NCBI GenBank assembly: GCA_002269645.1
Contig: NIVC01003466.1
Location: 1-64,000 of the forward strand
Direction: 5' to 3'
DNA: 64,000 nucleotides
Source of the DNA: Macrostomum lignano
Taxonomy: Eukaryota
The position numbers and the translations under genes were made by a program. Positions 61,330 through 64,000 of this stretch are shown piece after piece. Each line of letters opens with the position of its first letter. Positions within the stretch are counted from its first letter, which is position 1. The notes below the pieces were generated by a model. It searched no databases, had not been told where the DNA came from, and saw nothing but the letters and a program-made list of their open reading frames with translations.

Positions 61330-61950
61330 CATCACTCTGTATTACTCTCCGCTCAGTATTACACTCCACTCTATTACTCTCCACTCTGTACTACTTTCCA
61401 TTCTGTATTACTCTCCACTCTGTACTACTTTCCATTCTGTATTACTCTCCACTCTGTACTACTTTCCATTCTGTATTACTCTCCACTCTGTATTACTCTC
61501 CACTCTGTATTACTCTCCGCCGATATGTATTACTCTCCACTCTGTATTACTCTCCAGTCTGTACTACTCTTGACTCTGTATTACTCTCTATCGATCTGTA
61601 TTACTCTCCACCGATCTGTATTACTCTCTATCGATCTGAATTACTCTCCACCGATCTGTATTACTCTCCACCGATCTGTATTACTCTCCACTGATCTGTA
61701 TTACTCTCCACCGATCCGTATTACTCTCAATCGATCTGTATTACTCTCCACCGATCTGTATTACTCTCAATCGATCTGTATTACTCTCAATTGATATGTA
61801 TCACTCTCTATCGGTCTGTATTACTCTCCACCGATCTGTATTACTCTCAATCGATCTGTATTACTCTCTATCAATCTGTATTACTCTCCACCGATCTGTA
61901 TTACTCTCCACCGATCTGTATTACTCTCTATCGATCTGTATTACTCTCCA
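61330..61950. repeat. 17-20-bp minisatellite (GATCTGTATTACTCTCCACC core)
   Basis: The unit drifts along the array. Confidence 0.88.
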
Positions 61951-63914
61951 CCAATTTTTATTACGCTCCGTCGCTCGGTATCACTTTCTGCCTCACTGAA
62001 CCTCATGCTGTGCCCAGCAAGGCAAAATGCAAGCGGGTAGGGAATTAAAAAACCCCTGGCGACAGGCTTAATTAACGAATCCGGAAGTCCCGTCTTCTCC
62101 TGCCTTCGACTTTTTTTTGTCAAGCATCTCTCGCTCTCTCTCCCTTTCGCTCTTCGCCCAGAAGTCATCATTCATCACCAACAGTTGGCGCTGCAAGACA
62201 GACAGGAAAATTCCAACAAATCTTCATAGATATTATAATTAATACGGGCACAGCATGGTGCCATCCGTAGGCTGCATCAAGGAGGCCAAGAGCCAGATTA
62301 TGGAGAATCAATTCTTCTCCCAATTTCGGACAACCCGCTATGGTGTTTGCTGCGTCATGTGGTGCAAAATGTATCCTAAACTTCGGTTCGGTACTCGTAG
62401 AAACGACTTTTTTAAACTTTCTTTTTAATTTTAAAGCTAAATAAAATAATTGAATTCTAAGCAATACCCGTACACTAAGAGCCAGTCAGAGGAAATTTAC
62501 ACTCGAGTTTCTTAGAAACGCGCTGAAGGCCGATAAGGAACGCATATTTGTCGTATCGCCAATGCATTCAGTGTGCTCTCGAGAACTCATAGCGCTGATT
62601 GGGGTTTTGCCATAGACAAATCCGGTCGAGAAATATCCGAGTGTCCGAGTGCGCCGAGAACAATTATATAATCATTCAGGGGCCGGATTGCTATTGTGAA
62701 GTTTCAGAGGACCCGAGGGCCGGATAGAGAAGTCGAGTTTGTACGAGTTGTCATGCACAAAAGGTAAATTGAAATTTAGGCGATTTCAGCCTACAGACTG
62801 GGGATTTGGGCAAGAGTCAAAGCTCCTGGTCTCCCTGGCTGCATCTATCTGCAATGCACACAGAACTTTTTATAGCCATACGAACCCTCCCACACCGCAG
62901 AATCCATATTTATTTTTCTGCGACTGTCGCCAGCAGCACTGGTGAGGCAGGCGCTGTGAGGGTCGCCGCGCGTGGGAAAGGAGATTTGCGATTTGGGATT
63001 CTGGGGATGAATCCTAGACATTCGGGAAAAGAGCCTGCGCGAGAGGATGGGATAGGGATTATAAATTTTTTGCTTGGCCCGCCACACCGTGGAAGAGAGC
63101 GAAAAGAAGCACCGATCGTCTGGAATTTTTAGTTTTACATTATGGATTTTGGAATCCCATTGGGGAAGCTGGTTGGCTGCAGATGGAAAACGCAGGCCTA
63201 CTAAATACTGGTCTTAGTTAGGAGTCTCAAGTTTCTATAGTGTGACCTCGAGGGCTTCGGGATCAGCAGCAGGCGGCGTGTTTTGGGAAAAATTGTCCAA
63301 GGATAGAAGACACTCTGCGCGGAACATCTGAGGTCAACACTTTGCCGAGGCCGAGCAGAAAGTGAACGGCCTGGCATTTAATGCGCGAACAGGGGAAAAA
63401 AGAAGACGGCAGGCTCTGCTTCCTCTGCTCCCCTTTTGACTACTTGCCAGCCTTTTCATTTCGCTGGGAGCTAAGAGGAAAATGAAATTTTTTCAAGATG
63501 TCCTTCCAGGATGCCCCTGGCGCTCCATTCTTTGTTGCTATGCTACCGCGGCTGCTGCTGTTACTGCACAGAGGTCTGAAAGCTATTGAAGCTTAATGGG
63601 CCGTATGAGGGTAGCAACACCCCCCCCCCTCAACCAAAAGTCTAGACTTTCCAATGCCTAAAATATCTAATAAATGGTACAGACGGGGAGCTTAAGAAAA
63701 ATCAATCAATCAACCAATCTGTTTGGTTGTTGATGCCACTAGAAAATAGATGGCCGAAATGTTTGTTTATTATAAACTGCTGGCTGGCTAAGTGCCTGGC
63801 TGCGAAAGTATCGAAACAGAAGGGAAAATAGGAGAGATGTGGGGAGATTGTAGGAGACTAAGGGGATAGTGAAAGGATAGGGAGAGAAGAGAGGAGAGGG
63901 CGGGGTAGAGGGGG

Positions 63915-64000
63915 AGTGACGGGTAGAGAGAGACGGGTAGAGAGAGACGGGTATAGAGAGACGGGTAGAGAGAGACGGGTAGAGAGAGACGGTTAGAGAG
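63915..64000. repeat. 14-bp repeat (GACGGGTAGAGAGA), running off the edge
   Basis: About 6 units visible. Confidence 0.85.

Overview
This is eukaryotic (animal) genomic DNA: GC-rich exons separated by GT-AG introns, with roughly one third of the window in about 35 different tandem-repeat arrays. The pattern suggests a free-living flatworm such as Macrostomum (inference, not verified). Most ORFs in the supplied track are translated repeats, not genes. Genes rebuilt by hand from splice sites and frame continuity: a GABA-A alpha/GRD-like Cys-loop receptor subunit (minus, 7 exons, first exon not found), a RING-less coiled-coil/NHL-propeller protein (minus), a Tctex1-domain dynein light chain with a perfect RFX X-box (plus), a putative 4-TM protein (minus), MOB3 (minus, 217 aa), INPP1 (plus, 393 aa) and the 3' part of a transmembrane semaphorin (minus). 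Mobile DNA: a full-length frameshifted DD34D mariner, a CORE-type SINE, a second tRNA-derived SINE family, a MITE and two LINE 3' fragments. The most striking element is a 670-bp inverted pair of Penelope-like element 3' ends inside MOB3 intron 1. Each arm carries a minimal hammerhead ribozyme motif: intact on the host-sense strand, core-mutated on the other. Several arrays appear linked to functional sequence (a SINE body, a stop codon, splice-site motifs).
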